64,000 bases of DNA from an uncultured Methanosarcinales archaeon (GTDB lineage Archaea; Nanobdellota; Nanobdellia; Woesearchaeales; 21-14-0-10-32-9), in the NCBI GenBank assembly GCA_964548665.1, contig CAZJQL010000001.1, positions 5,462 to 69,461 on the forward strand, given 5' to 3'. Below, piece by piece: positions 36,553-46,310 of this stretch. The translations under genes and the position numbers were made by a program. Each line of letters starts with the position of its first letter. Within the stretch, counting starts at the first letter, position 1. The notes beneath the pieces were generated by a model. The model was not told the DNA's origin and made no database searches. It saw nothing but the letters and a program-made list of their open reading frames with translations.

Positions 36553-38241
36553 ATGATTAATTCTACAGAAATGACCAAAAAAGATTTTATATCGAGAAAT
36601 ACAATTACTTGGTTTTTAGTTTTATCATCAATAATGCTTTTCGATGTTATTTTTATTCAAGTCGTTTGGAGTGATGAATTACAAGAAAACACAGCTATGC
36701 TTAATTTAAACAACAACACAATGAATACAACTTTCATTACAAACAGCACAATTTTTGAAACAGAAAATAAAACAAGAATAGATGTTGCGGGAGAATTTCT
36801 TTTTTTAGACATAAATGATTTCAACAAATCATCCTTTTTGATGGTTAAAAATCTTAATTATTCTAAATACTTGAATTTTACTGTTTTGACAACAATTAAT
36901 TTTGAGCTGAATGAAAGCATCAACAACACAAATAGTTCCAAGCATTGGAAAATAAACAAATCCATAAATTCTTACTCTAAAACTTTTGGAGAAGTTAACA
37001 TGAGCGATAATTTCATTTCATTTTGCGTTTTAATAGAATTGTTGAATGCTGAAGACACAAATATTTCAAATAATCATTTATGTTTTTTGAATGATTCTTA
37101 TTTAAGCAACTCATTTGAAAAAGCAAATGCCTCAGAAAATGTTACAATGATTTATTTTGATGAAAATTTTACTTCTGATTTTAATTTTATTAATTTGAAT
37201 AGCTCTATAAACAATACAAACAACACAAATAATACTAATAACATGAACATTCAAATAAATCCAAATAATATCTCGGCATTCATAAATGATACAAACATTC
37301 AAGAACGCATTCAAACAACTAATGATTCTAATACTTCACAAACATTAAACAAAAATGTTTGTTCATTGAGTTTCGAAACAGACAAATTCATTTATGAAAC
37401 CGGAGAATCCATATTTTTTAAAATAAATGCAAGTAAAGAAGCTTTTCAAAAAGGAATTTATTATTGGATTGAGATTTCTGATGAAACTGTAGTAAAGGCC
37501 AAATTAGAGACAAAAATAGATAGCGCTAAAAAATTTACACCGAAAACAAGCAATAACGAATTATATTTTTTGAAAGGCTACGTTAATGGTTGTAATTCAA
37601 CTCAAGAAAATGTAGTTTTTTTTGTTGGATCTACTGAAGAACAAAAACTGCAGGAAGAAAAAACACAAAATAACTCAATAATTTCAAAAAATTCTTTCAT
37701 AAATATAAAGGAAGCTTATTTTGTAGAACAAACATTCATCATAAAAATTGATGGTTATAGAAACACAACCAATAAAAGAGTTGTTTATGTAATTCTTGAC
37801 GGAGAAAATATAAAAAAAGAAGAGCAGAAATTTAATGCTAGTAATAAAAATTCTTTTTTTTCTTTTGAAAAATATTTTAATCTTTCTTATGTTAATAAAA
37901 CATCGGAATTTAGCGTAAAAATAGAAGGCATAGATGCTCAGTCCGTAATTGAATCTTATTATTTAGAGATAGGAGATGTCTCAACGAGCGAATTTAATAA
38001 AATTGAAGACTCAAATAAAACTTATGAGGAGACAAATAGAATTTATGAAAAATTACTTGATTCGGGTAATTTTTCTGATTTGACAAATATTAACAAAACA
38101 AAAAATGAAGCAGGTTCAATAGTTGTTAAACAAGGTCAGGAACTGAATTACACCCCCGTTTATGCAGTCATTGTGAGTCTGGGAGCGTATATTATATACG
38201 TGTTTGTCAGGCATTTGATTAAAAAACGCAAAATTATATAA
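36553..38241 (+). CDS. N-rich secreted surface glycoprotein with C-terminal TM anchor
   Basis: 562 aa; dozens of N-x-S/T sequons; NNTNNTNNTNN repeat; C-terminal TM plus KKRK tail. Confidence 0.55.
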   Translation: MINSTEMTKKDFISRNTITWFLVLSSIMLFDVIFIQVVWSDELQENTAMLNLNNNTMNTTFITNSTIFETENKTRIDVAGEFLFLDINDFNKSSFLMVKNLNYSKYLNFTVLTTINFELNESINNTNSSKHWKINKSINSYSKTFGEVNMSDNFISFCVLIELLNAEDTNISNNHLCFLNDSYLSNSFEKANASENVTMIYFDENFTSDFNFINLNSSINNTNNTNNTNNMNIQINPNNISAFINDTNIQERIQTTNDSNTSQTLNKNVCSLSFETDKFIYETGESIFFKINASKEAFQKGIYYWIEISDETVVKAKLETKIDSAKKFTPKTSNNELYFLKGYVNGCNSTQENVVFFVGSTEEQKLQEEKTQNNSIISKNSFINIKEAYFVEQTFIIKIDGYRNTTNKRVVYVILDGENIKKEEQKFNASNKNSFFSFEKYFNLSYVNKTSEFSVKIEGIDAQSVIESYYLEIGDVSTSEFNKIEDSNKTYEETNRIYEKLLDSGNFSDLTNINKTKNEAGSIVVKQGQELNYTPVYAVIVSLGAYIIYVFVRHLIKKRKII

Positions 38242-38263
38242 GGAAACGTTTATTCTTGGAAGC

Positions 38264-38869
38264 ATGGTTAAAGAAATAACGTCCAAAGAAATAAAAGAAC
38301 ATGTAGAGAAAGGATATATTCGTGCTAATATTTTGTTTGAAATAGTGGGAAATCCTGAAGAACATGTTTCTAAAACTATGGATGCTTTAATTAAGCATTT
38401 GGAACAACAAAAAGACATAATTTTCATAAACAAAGAAGTTGGAGAACCTGAAGAAACTAAAGATGGTTTATTTGGTAGCTATTGTGAAGCAGATCTTTTG
38501 TTAAAGAATTTTGGCAAACTAACCTGGGTAATATTTAATTTTATGCCTGCCTCTGTAGAAATAATAGACCCTGCAAAATTGACATTGAAGGACAAAGAGC
38601 TTACAGATTTGACAAATGATGTTCTCGCGTTTTTACACGAAACTAACACGAGAGTTATTCAAACAAATTCTTTAAATCAAGGCATGCTGAGAAGCATAAA
38701 TGCTTTGGTTAGAAATTCAATACTTTTGACATTGTTAAATGGATCAAAAACTGCTGAAGAAATATCTAAAATGGCAGGAATTACAACCAAAGATCTTGAA
38801 CCAGTATTTGAAGCAATGATTAAAGAAAAGACCCTTATTAAAAAAGAAGATAAATATTCTAGAGCTTGA
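38264..38869 (+). CDS. hypothetical protein with C-terminal wHTH; candidate ScpA-like kleisin by synteny
   Basis: 201 aa directly upstream of scpB; C-terminal winged-helix-like segment. Confidence 0.3.
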   Translation: MVKEITSKEIKEHVEKGYIRANILFEIVGNPEEHVSKTMDALIKHLEQQKDIIFINKEVGEPEETKDGLFGSYCEADLLLKNFGKLTWVIFNFMPASVEIIDPAKLTLKDKELTDLTNDVLAFLHETNTRVIQTNSLNQGMLRSINALVRNSILLTLLNGSKTAEEISKMAGITTKDLEPVFEAMIKEKTLIKKEDKYSRA

Positions 38870-38912
38870 TTGTTTCAAAACATTTAAAAACAGGGTTTGT
38901 CTTTCTTGTTAT

Positions 38913-39737
38913 ATGAAAGATTGGCAAAAGGTCGAGGCTGTTTTATTTGCTTCTGGAAAGTATTTGACTGAAGATCAGATATCTGATTTGACCGGCGTTG
39001 TAAAAAAAAGTTTGAAAAAAGCATTATCTGATTTAGAAAAACATTATTCTTCTATTGATTCTAGTTTGAAAGTGTTCAGCGAATCAGGCGCTTGGAAATT
39101 GAATGTGAAGGATGAATTCTCCGATATTGTTAAGAAGATTGTTTCGGAAGCAGAGATGCCCAGACCTGTTATGGAGACGCTCGCAATAATTGCATATAAA
39201 AATCCGGTTCTTCAGTCAGAGGTTATTGATACCAGAGGATCTGGAGCTTATGAGCACATTGGTTTGCTTGAAGATAAAGGTTTTGTTGTTAAAGAAAAGC
39301 ATGGAAGAACTTTCAAATTAAAGGTTACTGATAAGTTTTATGAGTACTTTGATGTTGATGGAGATTCAAAATTGTCAGAACTCTTTAAAGGCGTTAAGAA
39401 GCCTGAAACTCTTGGAACCCTTGAAGTTTACACAGAACAAAAAACCGAGGAGAGGGATGATTTTTCAGATAGACTTATTGAAAGAATGAAAAAACTGGAC
39501 TCAAAGCCTGAAGAAACAAAAAACAATCAGGACTTTTTAAAAGACATTGATTCTAAAATAGAGAGTGCTAAAAGCAGAATAGATCTTGAAGAGAATGAAC
39601 TTAAAGAGTTCAGAAGTAAAGAAGATGATGCTCCTGAAGAAGAAAATGTCGAAAAAATTCTAGAAAAAGTGAATAAAGAAATAGATGAGTTGTCTCAAAA
39701 TGATGAGGAAGTAGAGGACTCAAGAGATAAGGCCTAA
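38913..39737 (+). CDS. scpB: segregation and condensation protein B with acidic C-terminal extension
   Basis: VEAVLFASGKYLTEDQISDLTG and ETLAIIAYKNPVLQSEVIDTRG are the two ScpB wH signatures. Confidence 0.8.
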   Translation: MKDWQKVEAVLFASGKYLTEDQISDLTGVVKKSLKKALSDLEKHYSSIDSSLKVFSESGAWKLNVKDEFSDIVKKIVSEAEMPRPVMETLAIIAYKNPVLQSEVIDTRGSGAYEHIGLLEDKGFVVKEKHGRTFKLKVTDKFYEYFDVDGDSKLSELFKGVKKPETLGTLEVYTEQKTEERDDFSDRLIERMKKLDSKPEETKNNQDFLKDIDSKIESAKSRIDLEENELKEFRSKEDDAPEEENVEKILEKVNKEIDELSQNDEEVEDSRDKA

Positions 39738-40589
39738 GTTTTTTCTTATTCTGCAAGCCTTGCAGACTTGTTCTGCACAAGGATCTCCGCAATTTGCACA
39801 AAAATTTGTTTTTTCAGATATTTTTTCTGTTTTCTTTTCAGATAAATATTTTAGAAGTATATTTTTTTTGGTGCCTGGTCTTTGTGATTCTAATCTGTTA
39901 AGTTCGTCTCTCACATGAGCCCTGAATGAGTCTTTTGAGTAAGGACATTCTGTAAAAGGAACATTGAAATTATTTATTAGAGCATAAATCATAACTTCTT
40001 TTTCTTTTAAAAAATATAGAGGCTTTATTTTCTGAGTGAATCCCTCCTTTTTTTGTGTTTTAGGACCTTGTCGTTCATATAGTGTTGTTTGTGCTTTTAA
40101 TAAGTTCATCATTACTGCTTGAGCTTCATCATCTAAGTTATGTCCTGTCGCTATAACATCATAGTCTAGAGTGTGCTTATTCAATAAAGATCTTCTAAAT
40201 GTTCCACAAACAGTGCACGCAGGGTTTCCTAGTTTTATTATAGCGTCAAGTCTTTTTCCAACTTCTTTTTTGAAGGATTTTATGTTTAGTTTTATATTAT
40301 TTTTTTTACAGAATTTTTTTAGAAATAATAGGGTTGTATCCCTATAATTTTTTATTCCTTCGTCTATTGCTAGGGCCTCAACATTATATCCGAATTTGTG
40401 CAATAGATGTAATAAAACTATTGAGTCTTTTCCTCCGGAAACTGCAACACAAATTCTGTCAGATTTTTTAAGTAATTTGTATTTGTTTATCGTGTCTTTT
40501 ACTGTTTTTTCGAAATATTTGTTGAAATGATTTTTACAATATCTTGGGTTATCATGTATTGCTTTTTCTCCACAAGAATCGCATTTCAT
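39720..40589 (-). CDS. ncsA: tRNA thiolation PP-loop ATPase NcsA/TtuA-like
   Basis: N-terminal CxxC...CxxH zinc finger, PP-loop SGGKDS, C-terminal CxxC...CxxC. Confidence 0.8.
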   Translation of the reverse strand: MKCDSCGEKAIHDNPRYCKNHFNKYFEKTVKDTINKYKLLKKSDRICVAVSGGKDSIVLLHLLHKFGYNVEALAIDEGIKNYRDTTLLFLKKFCKKNNIKLNIKSFKKEVGKRLDAIIKLGNPACTVCGTFRRSLLNKHTLDYDVIATGHNLDDEAQAVMMNLLKAQTTLYERQGPKTQKKEGFTQKIKPLYFLKEKEVMIYALINNFNVPFTECPYSKDSFRAHVRDELNRLESQRPGTKKNILLKYLSEKKTEKISEKTNFCANCGDPCAEQVCKACRIRKNLGLIS

Positions 40590-40590
40590 T

Positions 40591-40785
40591 TTATCCTCCA
40601 GAAATTATGCTGATTATTTTTATTCTGTCAGAATCAGTTAATTTTTCTTCTAGAGTTATTAGTTCCTCGTTTTTCAGCATAAGAACCTCTTCTGAGTTGA
40701 CATTTAATTTTTTCAACAAATCCAAACCTGAACCTTGGAATTTTAGGTTTAGTTTTTTATTTTCTTTTTCTATGAATATTTCCAT
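40591..40785 (-). CDS. small archaeal ubiquitin-like modifier/sulfur carrier (SAMP/TtuB-like, C-terminal GG)
   Basis: 64 aa ending ...ISGG; immediately downstream of ncsA (1-bp gap). Confidence 0.7.
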   Translation of the reverse strand: MEIFIEKENKKLNLKFQGSGLDLLKKLNVNSEEVLMLKNEELITLEEKLTDSDRIKIISIISGG

Positions 40786-40855
40786 TGTGTTGGTATTTCT
40801 TGCTTATTTATAATATCTGCGAATAAATATAATAAGAAACTATATAAAGAAGAAA

Positions 40856-41731
40856 TTGGCATTTATTCTCATGGTTTTAGAATCTTTACTTTCTCCGGTG
40901 AGCGCTGAAAATAAAAGCTATAAAGCTTTATTATATGGTTTTTCTCTGGCGATCATTTGTGGTTTTTTGAGCTTGTTTTTGTTAGGAGAAAATGCTAGTA
41001 TGCTTTTGGTTTTTTTCGTTGCATTAGGTGCAACTCCTTTCATATATAATTTACTTAGATATGAGGAGAATAAAGATTTGGAGGAACAGGACGAATTTGC
41101 ACTTCTTAAACAGCACATGAAGGCATTATCTGTTTTTGGTTATTTTTTTGTTGGAACTTTGCTTGCATTTTTGCTTTTGTATGTTGTTCTTCCTCCGGCG
41201 CTTAGCAATATTCTTTTTGATAGCCAGTTTGAGAGTTTGACTGCAATTAGAGGCGCAGTTATTGAAGCGCCAGTCGAGACGGGTTGGGAGGATTTTACAA
41301 GTATTTTTTTGAATAATGTCCGAGTTATGGTGTTGGCAATATTATTTTCTTTTATGTTTGGAGCAGGAGCAATATTTATTTTGACTTGGAATTCTTCAGT
41401 TATAGCTGTTGCAATAGGCAATTATATTAGAGATAAGTTAGCGTTAGTTGCAGGAGCGGTAGGATTTGAAAGTGTATCTAATTATTTTTCAATAATAAGC
41501 ATAGGTTTGTTGAGATATGTTATTCATGGTGTGCCTGAAATTTTAGCTTATTTTTTTGCGGCATTGGCAGGAGGAATTATAAGTGTTGCTGTAATAAAAA
41601 AAGATTATACTTCTAGCAAGTTTGAACACATCTTGATAGATGCGGCCAATCTTTTAGCTATTGCTTTAGGTCTTGTTTTTTTGGCAGCAATTTTAGAAGT
41701 CTGGATCACTCCAGTGATTTTTCCTTTTTGA
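40856..41731 (+). CDS. SpoIIM-like/DUF95 integral membrane protein
   Basis: 291 aa, multi-TM, DUF95-like topology. Confidence 0.5.
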   Translation: MAFILMVLESLLSPVSAENKSYKALLYGFSLAIICGFLSLFLLGENASMLLVFFVALGATPFIYNLLRYEENKDLEEQDEFALLKQHMKALSVFGYFFVGTLLAFLLLYVVLPPALSNILFDSQFESLTAIRGAVIEAPVETGWEDFTSIFLNNVRVMVLAILFSFMFGAGAIFILTWNSSVIAVAIGNYIRDKLALVAGAVGFESVSNYFSIISIGLLRYVIHGVPEILAYFFAALAGGIISVAVIKKDYTSSKFEHILIDAANLLAIALGLVFLAAILEVWITPVIFPF

Positions 41732-41734
41732 GGT

Positions 41735-42385
41735 TCACTCTAGAACTTTAAGTTTGCCTGCTCTGAGTTCAAAAATTTCTCCTTCATTCAAGAGGGCAGT
41801 TATGTATTTTTCTGTATCTTTTATTTTTGATTGTTTTATTACTTCATTTATATCTGCACCTGAGCCTGCATCTAGTTTTTTTATTAGAGTTATAATGTTG
41901 TGTGCGTAATTGTCGATTGGTTCTTCTTCGTATTTTTTCTCTTTTGTTGGTTCATAGCTTTGTGTGGCTGATTGTTCTGTTTCTTTTTTGATTATTTTTT
42001 GAGAATCTGTGAGCATGTTTAGCTCTTGTTTTCGGTAATCGATCCAGCGTTTATCTTCTATTTTTCTTATTATTTCTGGAGCTATGTATCTTTGAGAATT
42101 GTATTCTCTGGGCCTTCCTATTACTAAGATTATGTCTCCTACCGAGATATTTGATGCTGATGTGGAGTCATTGAACAGCATCATGGATATTTGACCTGAG
42201 CCGTCATCTATTAGTATAGAATTATCTTCTCTTGATACTACAATCGCTATTATGTTAACTCGAGATATTTGTTGGTTTCCTAGTTCTATGTAATTAGGAT
42301 CCCAGCCTGTTTTTTGTATATAATTACCTGAAAGAATTTGATTTATTGTACATTTATATGCTGTTTGTCTTTTTATTTCCGGCAT
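41735..42385 (-). CDS. OB-fold ssDNA-binding protein with C-terminal winged helix (RPA32-like)
   Basis: N-terminal OB (VNIIAIVV...GDIILVIGRP), acidic linker, C-terminal wH. Confidence 0.45.
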   Translation of the reverse strand: MPEIKRQTAYKCTINQILSGNYIQKTGWDPNYIELGNQQISRVNIIAIVVSREDNSILIDDGSGQISMMLFNDSTSASNISVGDIILVIGRPREYNSQRYIAPEIIRKIEDKRWIDYRKQELNMLTDSQKIIKKETEQSATQSYEPTKEKKYEEEPIDNYAHNIITLIKKLDAGSGADINEVIKQSKIKDTEKYITALLNEGEIFELRAGKLKVLE

Positions 42386-42482
42386 TTTAGTGTGGAGATG
42401 AATGTTGATTTAAAAGTTTTTTATAAATATTTATTTTCAATATAGAAGTTAATCATCTGAAAAAAAAAGAAAAAGAAGAAAT

Positions 42483-42719
42483 TTACTTTCTTCCTCTAGC
42501 CATCTTTGCTCTTGAAACGTCTCCTGCTTTATCGACAAAATACAAGTATCCTGCTTCTTTTTTGACGCCTACTTTAGCAACTTTTTCTGGTTTTGATTTC
42601 TTTCCTTTCTTTCCGCCGCCTCTAGCCATCATTGCTCTAGAAACGTCTCCTGCTTTATCAACAAAGTAAAGAAAACCTTTAACCTTCTTTACGCCTACTT
42701 TAGCAACTTTTTGAGCCAT
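42483..42719 (-). CDS. small basic protein made of two tandem about 38-aa repeats (KVGVKK..GYLYFVDKAGDVSRA.MARG); likely nucleic-acid binding
   Basis: The internal nucleotide direct repeat of about 114 bp is obvious; repeat copies about 80% identical at protein level. Confidence 0.55.
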   Translation of the reverse strand: MAQKVAKVGVKKVKGFLYFVDKAGDVSRAMMARGGGKKGKKSKPEKVAKVGVKKEAGYLYFVDKAGDVSRAKMARGRK

Positions 42720-42783
42720 GTTCTTTACACCCCCTATTACTAGGTATTATTCTATAGAGAATCCTGCAAAGCCTAATATATAA

Positions 42784-43122
42784 ATGTTTTGTTTTTCTCC
42801 TCGAGAAAAGCATTTTAATAAACTTTTTAATCGTCGCCAGACTCCTTTCAACATGGTTTTCGTTAAACTTATGGGAGCTCTTGATTTAATAACAGGGATA
42901 ACAATAATCCTTTTTCATTATGATCTTATCGGATTACGTTTGTTTCTAACATTCACACTTTATCTTTTATTAAAAGGATTTATGTTCAAAGGGGATTTAG
43001 CTAGCATGGTTGATTTTGCAGTCGGAGCATACATGCTACTTATGCTAATACTTCCAATAACCATATTAACTTATATTTGCGCAATATATCTTTTCCAAAA
43101 AAGCATCTCTTCACTTATTTGA
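42784..43122 (+). CDS. small membrane protein, hypothetical (true start possibly the internal Met MVFVKL)
   Basis: 3 predicted TM. Confidence 0.35.
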   Translation: MFCFSPREKHFNKLFNRRQTPFNMVFVKLMGALDLITGITIILFHYDLIGLRLFLTFTLYLLLKGFMFKGDLASMVDFAVGAYMLLMLILPITILTYICAIYLFQKSISSLI

Positions 43123-43130
43123 GTAAGTGA

Positions 43131-43868
43131 TTAAAGAAATTTGTCTGTAATGAATTTTTTAACAACCCAAACCAACATTAAAGATATGGCCGCAATTATT
43201 ACGTACGCATATATATTCATGGCTCTTACCATGAAAAATGCTATCAGACTGAAAAAGAAGTAGAACACCCAAATTTTTCTGGAGTACAAAAGAACATTTA
43301 TTCCGTTTGTTTTTGGCAAAGGAAGAGAGGTAAATATCAATATCCAACTTACTGCAATTATGAAATCGAATATTAGCGTGCTTTTTGTTAAAAAATAAAT
43401 TGGTTGTAGTATGACTATTAATAATAAAAGCATCATCATGGGTCCTGCCAAACCAACCCACATAAGATCTTTTATGCTGACATATGGTCTAAATCTTCCC
43501 AATCTGTGTTTCATATTTTCTTTTAATTCTACAGAACCTAAATATAGAAAAGGAATTAATCCGAAAGACAGAAATGTTAGAAATATTCCTATTGCTGGGC
43601 CAAATTGCCACAACGTGTACTTGCATTCATAACCCAAGTATTCTGCCATAAATTTTTGTCCCATAATAAATAGAGCATAAATTATGAGAAATATGACTGA
43701 GAATAAAATGAAATTTACTAAACCTGCTGTTGCATCAAAAGAATCTGTGCCCCACCTTCTAAAAGAGAGTATAAACCCGCTAAATACAACTATAAATAAG
43801 AAATTTTTAAGCTCCTCTCCTGAAAAATTAAAAGAGTTTTTTAAAGCATATTTTATTATATTCATCAT
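43131..43868 (-). CDS. polytopic membrane protein, hypothetical
   Basis: 245 aa, about 7 TM. Confidence 0.4.
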   Translation of the reverse strand: MMNIIKYALKNSFNFSGEELKNFLFIVVFSGFILSFRRWGTDSFDATAGLVNFILFSVIFLIIYALFIMGQKFMAEYLGYECKYTLWQFGPAIGIFLTFLSFGLIPFLYLGSVELKENMKHRLGRFRPYVSIKDLMWVGLAGPMMMLLLLIVILQPIYFLTKSTLIFDFIIAVSWILIFTSLPLPKTNGINVLLYSRKIWVFYFFFSLIAFFMVRAMNIYAYVIIAAISLMLVWVVKKFITDKFL

Positions 43869-43904
43869 CTTATAATTTAAGTACTTCTTTAAAAATTTGA
43901 TGTT

Positions 43905-44588
43905 TTAATAAACGTTCGATGCGATAAGACTTTCTAGGTGTTTGCGTATACCTTCTACGTGTCCTGCTCCTACTATCACTAGTATTTTTGCATCAGGCGT
44001 TGTTTTAATGATTGAGTATATTTTTTTCGCCATGTATCTGTTTCTGTCATCGAGCAAAACTTTGTACAATCCTGAATATCTGTGTTTCATTTGTTCTAGA
44101 ATTTTGTTTATTAGTTCTTGCGGAGGAACTTTGCTTATGTCTATTTTGATTTTTTGTTTTGAAAAAGGAGATAAAAGAATGTCAAAGAGTATTTTCATTT
44201 TTTCTGAGAATTTAACTTTTTTGCTCATGTTGCTCAGAGTTATTGCTGCATCTTGATCTATTAATTCTAGACGAATGTTGTTGTTTTTTGCTAAAGTAAA
44301 ACCTAGCAACATATCTTCTCCAGGATTCATCCCCACCAAATTTCCTAATTTTTTTTGTAGTGCTCTCCCTATTACTGCAAATAAGTACCCTGTTATCCCT
44401 ATTTTTTTTATTGCAGTAATTTTTAGTTTCTGGGTTTCTTTATGCGTGAGCGCATATAATCTTTGTTTGTCTAATTCTATTGCTATTATTGATGGTTTGT
44501 ATTCTGTGAATGCTTGTTTTATTTTTTGTTTGGATTCTGGAGATACGTGGCTTGTTCCAATTATCTCATAATTTTTTGAGCTTATCAT
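43905..44588 (-). CDS. TraB/PrgY-family protein
   Basis: IGTSHVS (GTxH) and VIVGAGHVEG motifs. Confidence 0.65.
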   Translation of the reverse strand: MISSKNYEIIGTSHVSPESKQKIKQAFTEYKPSIIAIELDKQRLYALTHKETQKLKITAIKKIGITGYLFAVIGRALQKKLGNLVGMNPGEDMLLGFTLAKNNNIRLELIDQDAAITLSNMSKKVKFSEKMKILFDILLSPFSKQKIKIDISKVPPQELINKILEQMKHRYSGLYKVLLDDRNRYMAKKIYSIIKTTPDAKILVIVGAGHVEGIRKHLESLIASNVY

Positions 44589-44625
44589 TTGATAAAGAAA
44601 AAGATTGTAATTAAAAAAGTTTTAG

Positions 44626-45426
44626 TTATGCTTTCACTTTCAAGTTCTTCCATGCTAATTCAAATAACTGTGATAGTGCTTGTGCAAAGAATTCTGTGTT
44701 TACCCATACTCCTATGTCGTATGTTGGATGTACCTCTTGGTCGTGTGCAAGCATAAACATCACTGATTGTCCATCTATAACGAAGAATCTTGCGTTAAGT
44801 CCTAAGTCTTGTATGTCTGCTACTTTTCTTAGTTCTTTTATTTCTTCTGTTTCTTTTTTAATGGTGGCAGCTATTTTTATTTTTACTCCTCTTTCTTTTG
44901 CTTTTTTTAGAGATTTTATTAGAAACTCTGCCTTTCTTTTTAGACCTTCTTCGGTTGTTGCAATTATAACAGATTCTTGAGCATCTCTTAGCATCATATT
45001 TATATGGTCATATAAATTTTCTCTGCCTTTAACAAAACCTGATCTGTCTGCAGGATCTACCATATCTATTCCTTTTGAATGAAGTGTTACTAAATCATTT
45101 AGAACGTCTGAGTCTTTTAGTTCTTCTAGCATGCTTATTGTTTTGTCGGCATCATCTTTTATGTTTCTTTTTACTCTTTCTACGACTTCTTTTGGTGGTA
45201 CTGCTATGTATTTGATTGGTTTGCCTATTTTCATTACTACGAATCCTTTTTTTTCTAGTGATTCTAGTACGTCGTAGGATCTGCTTCTTGGGACGTTGGC
45301 TATGTCGCTTAGTTCTCCGGCAGTGCTTACTCCTCTAGAAAGTAAAGCAGTCCAAATCTTTGCTTCATAACTATTTATTCCAAAATCTTTGAGTTTTCCT
45401 AAAAAATCTTTTTGTACTATCATCAT
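44626..45426 (-). CDS. TrmB-family transcriptional regulator
   Basis: N-terminal wHTH YEAKIWTALLSRGVSTAGELSDIANVPRSRSYDVLESLEKKGFV plus C-terminal effector domain. Confidence 0.75.
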   Translation of the reverse strand: MMIVQKDFLGKLKDFGINSYEAKIWTALLSRGVSTAGELSDIANVPRSRSYDVLESLEKKGFVVMKIGKPIKYIAVPPKEVVERVKRNIKDDADKTISMLEELKDSDVLNDLVTLHSKGIDMVDPADRSGFVKGRENLYDHINMMLRDAQESVIIATTEEGLKRKAEFLIKSLKKAKERGVKIKIAATIKKETEEIKELRKVADIQDLGLNARFFVIDGQSVMFMLAHDQEVHPTYDIGVWVNTEFFAQALSQLFELAWKNLKVKA

Positions 45427-45516
45427 ATCACCTTAAGTGTAATCAGATAGAGAAATGAATATTTATTTATAAAGTTTGCTATGTGTTACTATTATAAAGT
45501 AAAAAAAATGAAAGAA

Positions 45517-45849
45517 TCATTGTTTTGTGACTTTTTGCTTAGACGATTCGACTACTTTCGATTTTTTAACAATTTTCGTCTTTTTAGGCTTTTCAGAACC
45601 GTTTTTTGCCTTCTTATCAACAATCTCTAAATTCAACGAAGCGAATGCTTTTTTTACATCATCATGAGAAGCTCCTTTAGTTAATTTAAGAACTTTATCA
45701 GTAGGCTCAATATGCTTAACATTACAAGGTTTTCTTCTGGTTTGACCATCAATTAAAACCATAGAATCGTCCAATCTATCAACCACAACACAATATTTGT
45801 TTGCATCTCTGCCTGCTATTTTTAAACACAATCTTCCTATTTCGTACAT
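45517..45849 (-). CDS. rpl14e: ribosomal protein eL14
   Basis: KOW motif EIGRLCLKIAGRDANKYCVVV. Confidence 0.8.
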   Translation of the reverse strand: MYEIGRLCLKIAGRDANKYCVVVDRLDDSMVLIDGQTRRKPCNVKHIEPTDKVLKLTKGASHDDVKKAFASLNLEIVDKKAKNGSEKPKKTKIVKKSKVVESSKQKVTKQ

Positions 45850-45916
45850 TTCACTTTCCTCCTATTTCAAAACCAATCCTGTTAGAACTCCATACATGTC
45901 GCCACATATAGTAGGA

Positions 45917-46189
45917 TTAAAGCTTTGCTTGTCTTGCTCTTTTCTTGAGTTCTTCTCTCGATGCCTCTGAAGATAATACGCCTCCAAAAGGTCTTTGCGG
46001 CCTCTTTGCAGTTTTAGGCATATTCTTCATCTTAGTTGGAAGAGCTCTTGGAACTCCTTTAAGAGTTTGACCTGTAACTGAACAAACACCAACTTTAGGT
46101 TTTCTTCTGACATAAACCTTTTTAGTGCCCGTAACTGTTCTGACTTGTTTTTGTCTGAACGTATTTGATTTAATTTTATGATTTACCAT
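45917..46189 (-). CDS. rpl34e: ribosomal protein eL34 (ORF-track start at 46213 is probably upstream of the true Met)
   Basis: R..RT.TG...V..RKPK...C..TG..L.G pattern. Confidence 0.75.
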   Translation of the reverse strand: MVNHKIKSNTFRQKQVRTVTGTKKVYVRRKPKVGVCSVTGQTLKGVPRALPTKMKNMPKTAKRPQRPFGGVLSSEASREELKKRARQAKL

Positions 46190-46310
46190 AATACAACAGG
46201 AAAGAAGTTTCATTTATAAATGTTATTCTTTGATCATATAAACAAATAGACCTGAATTGTCTCAAGAAATAACAAAAAAATATTAAAAAGAACTAAAGTA
46301 AAAATACGAT

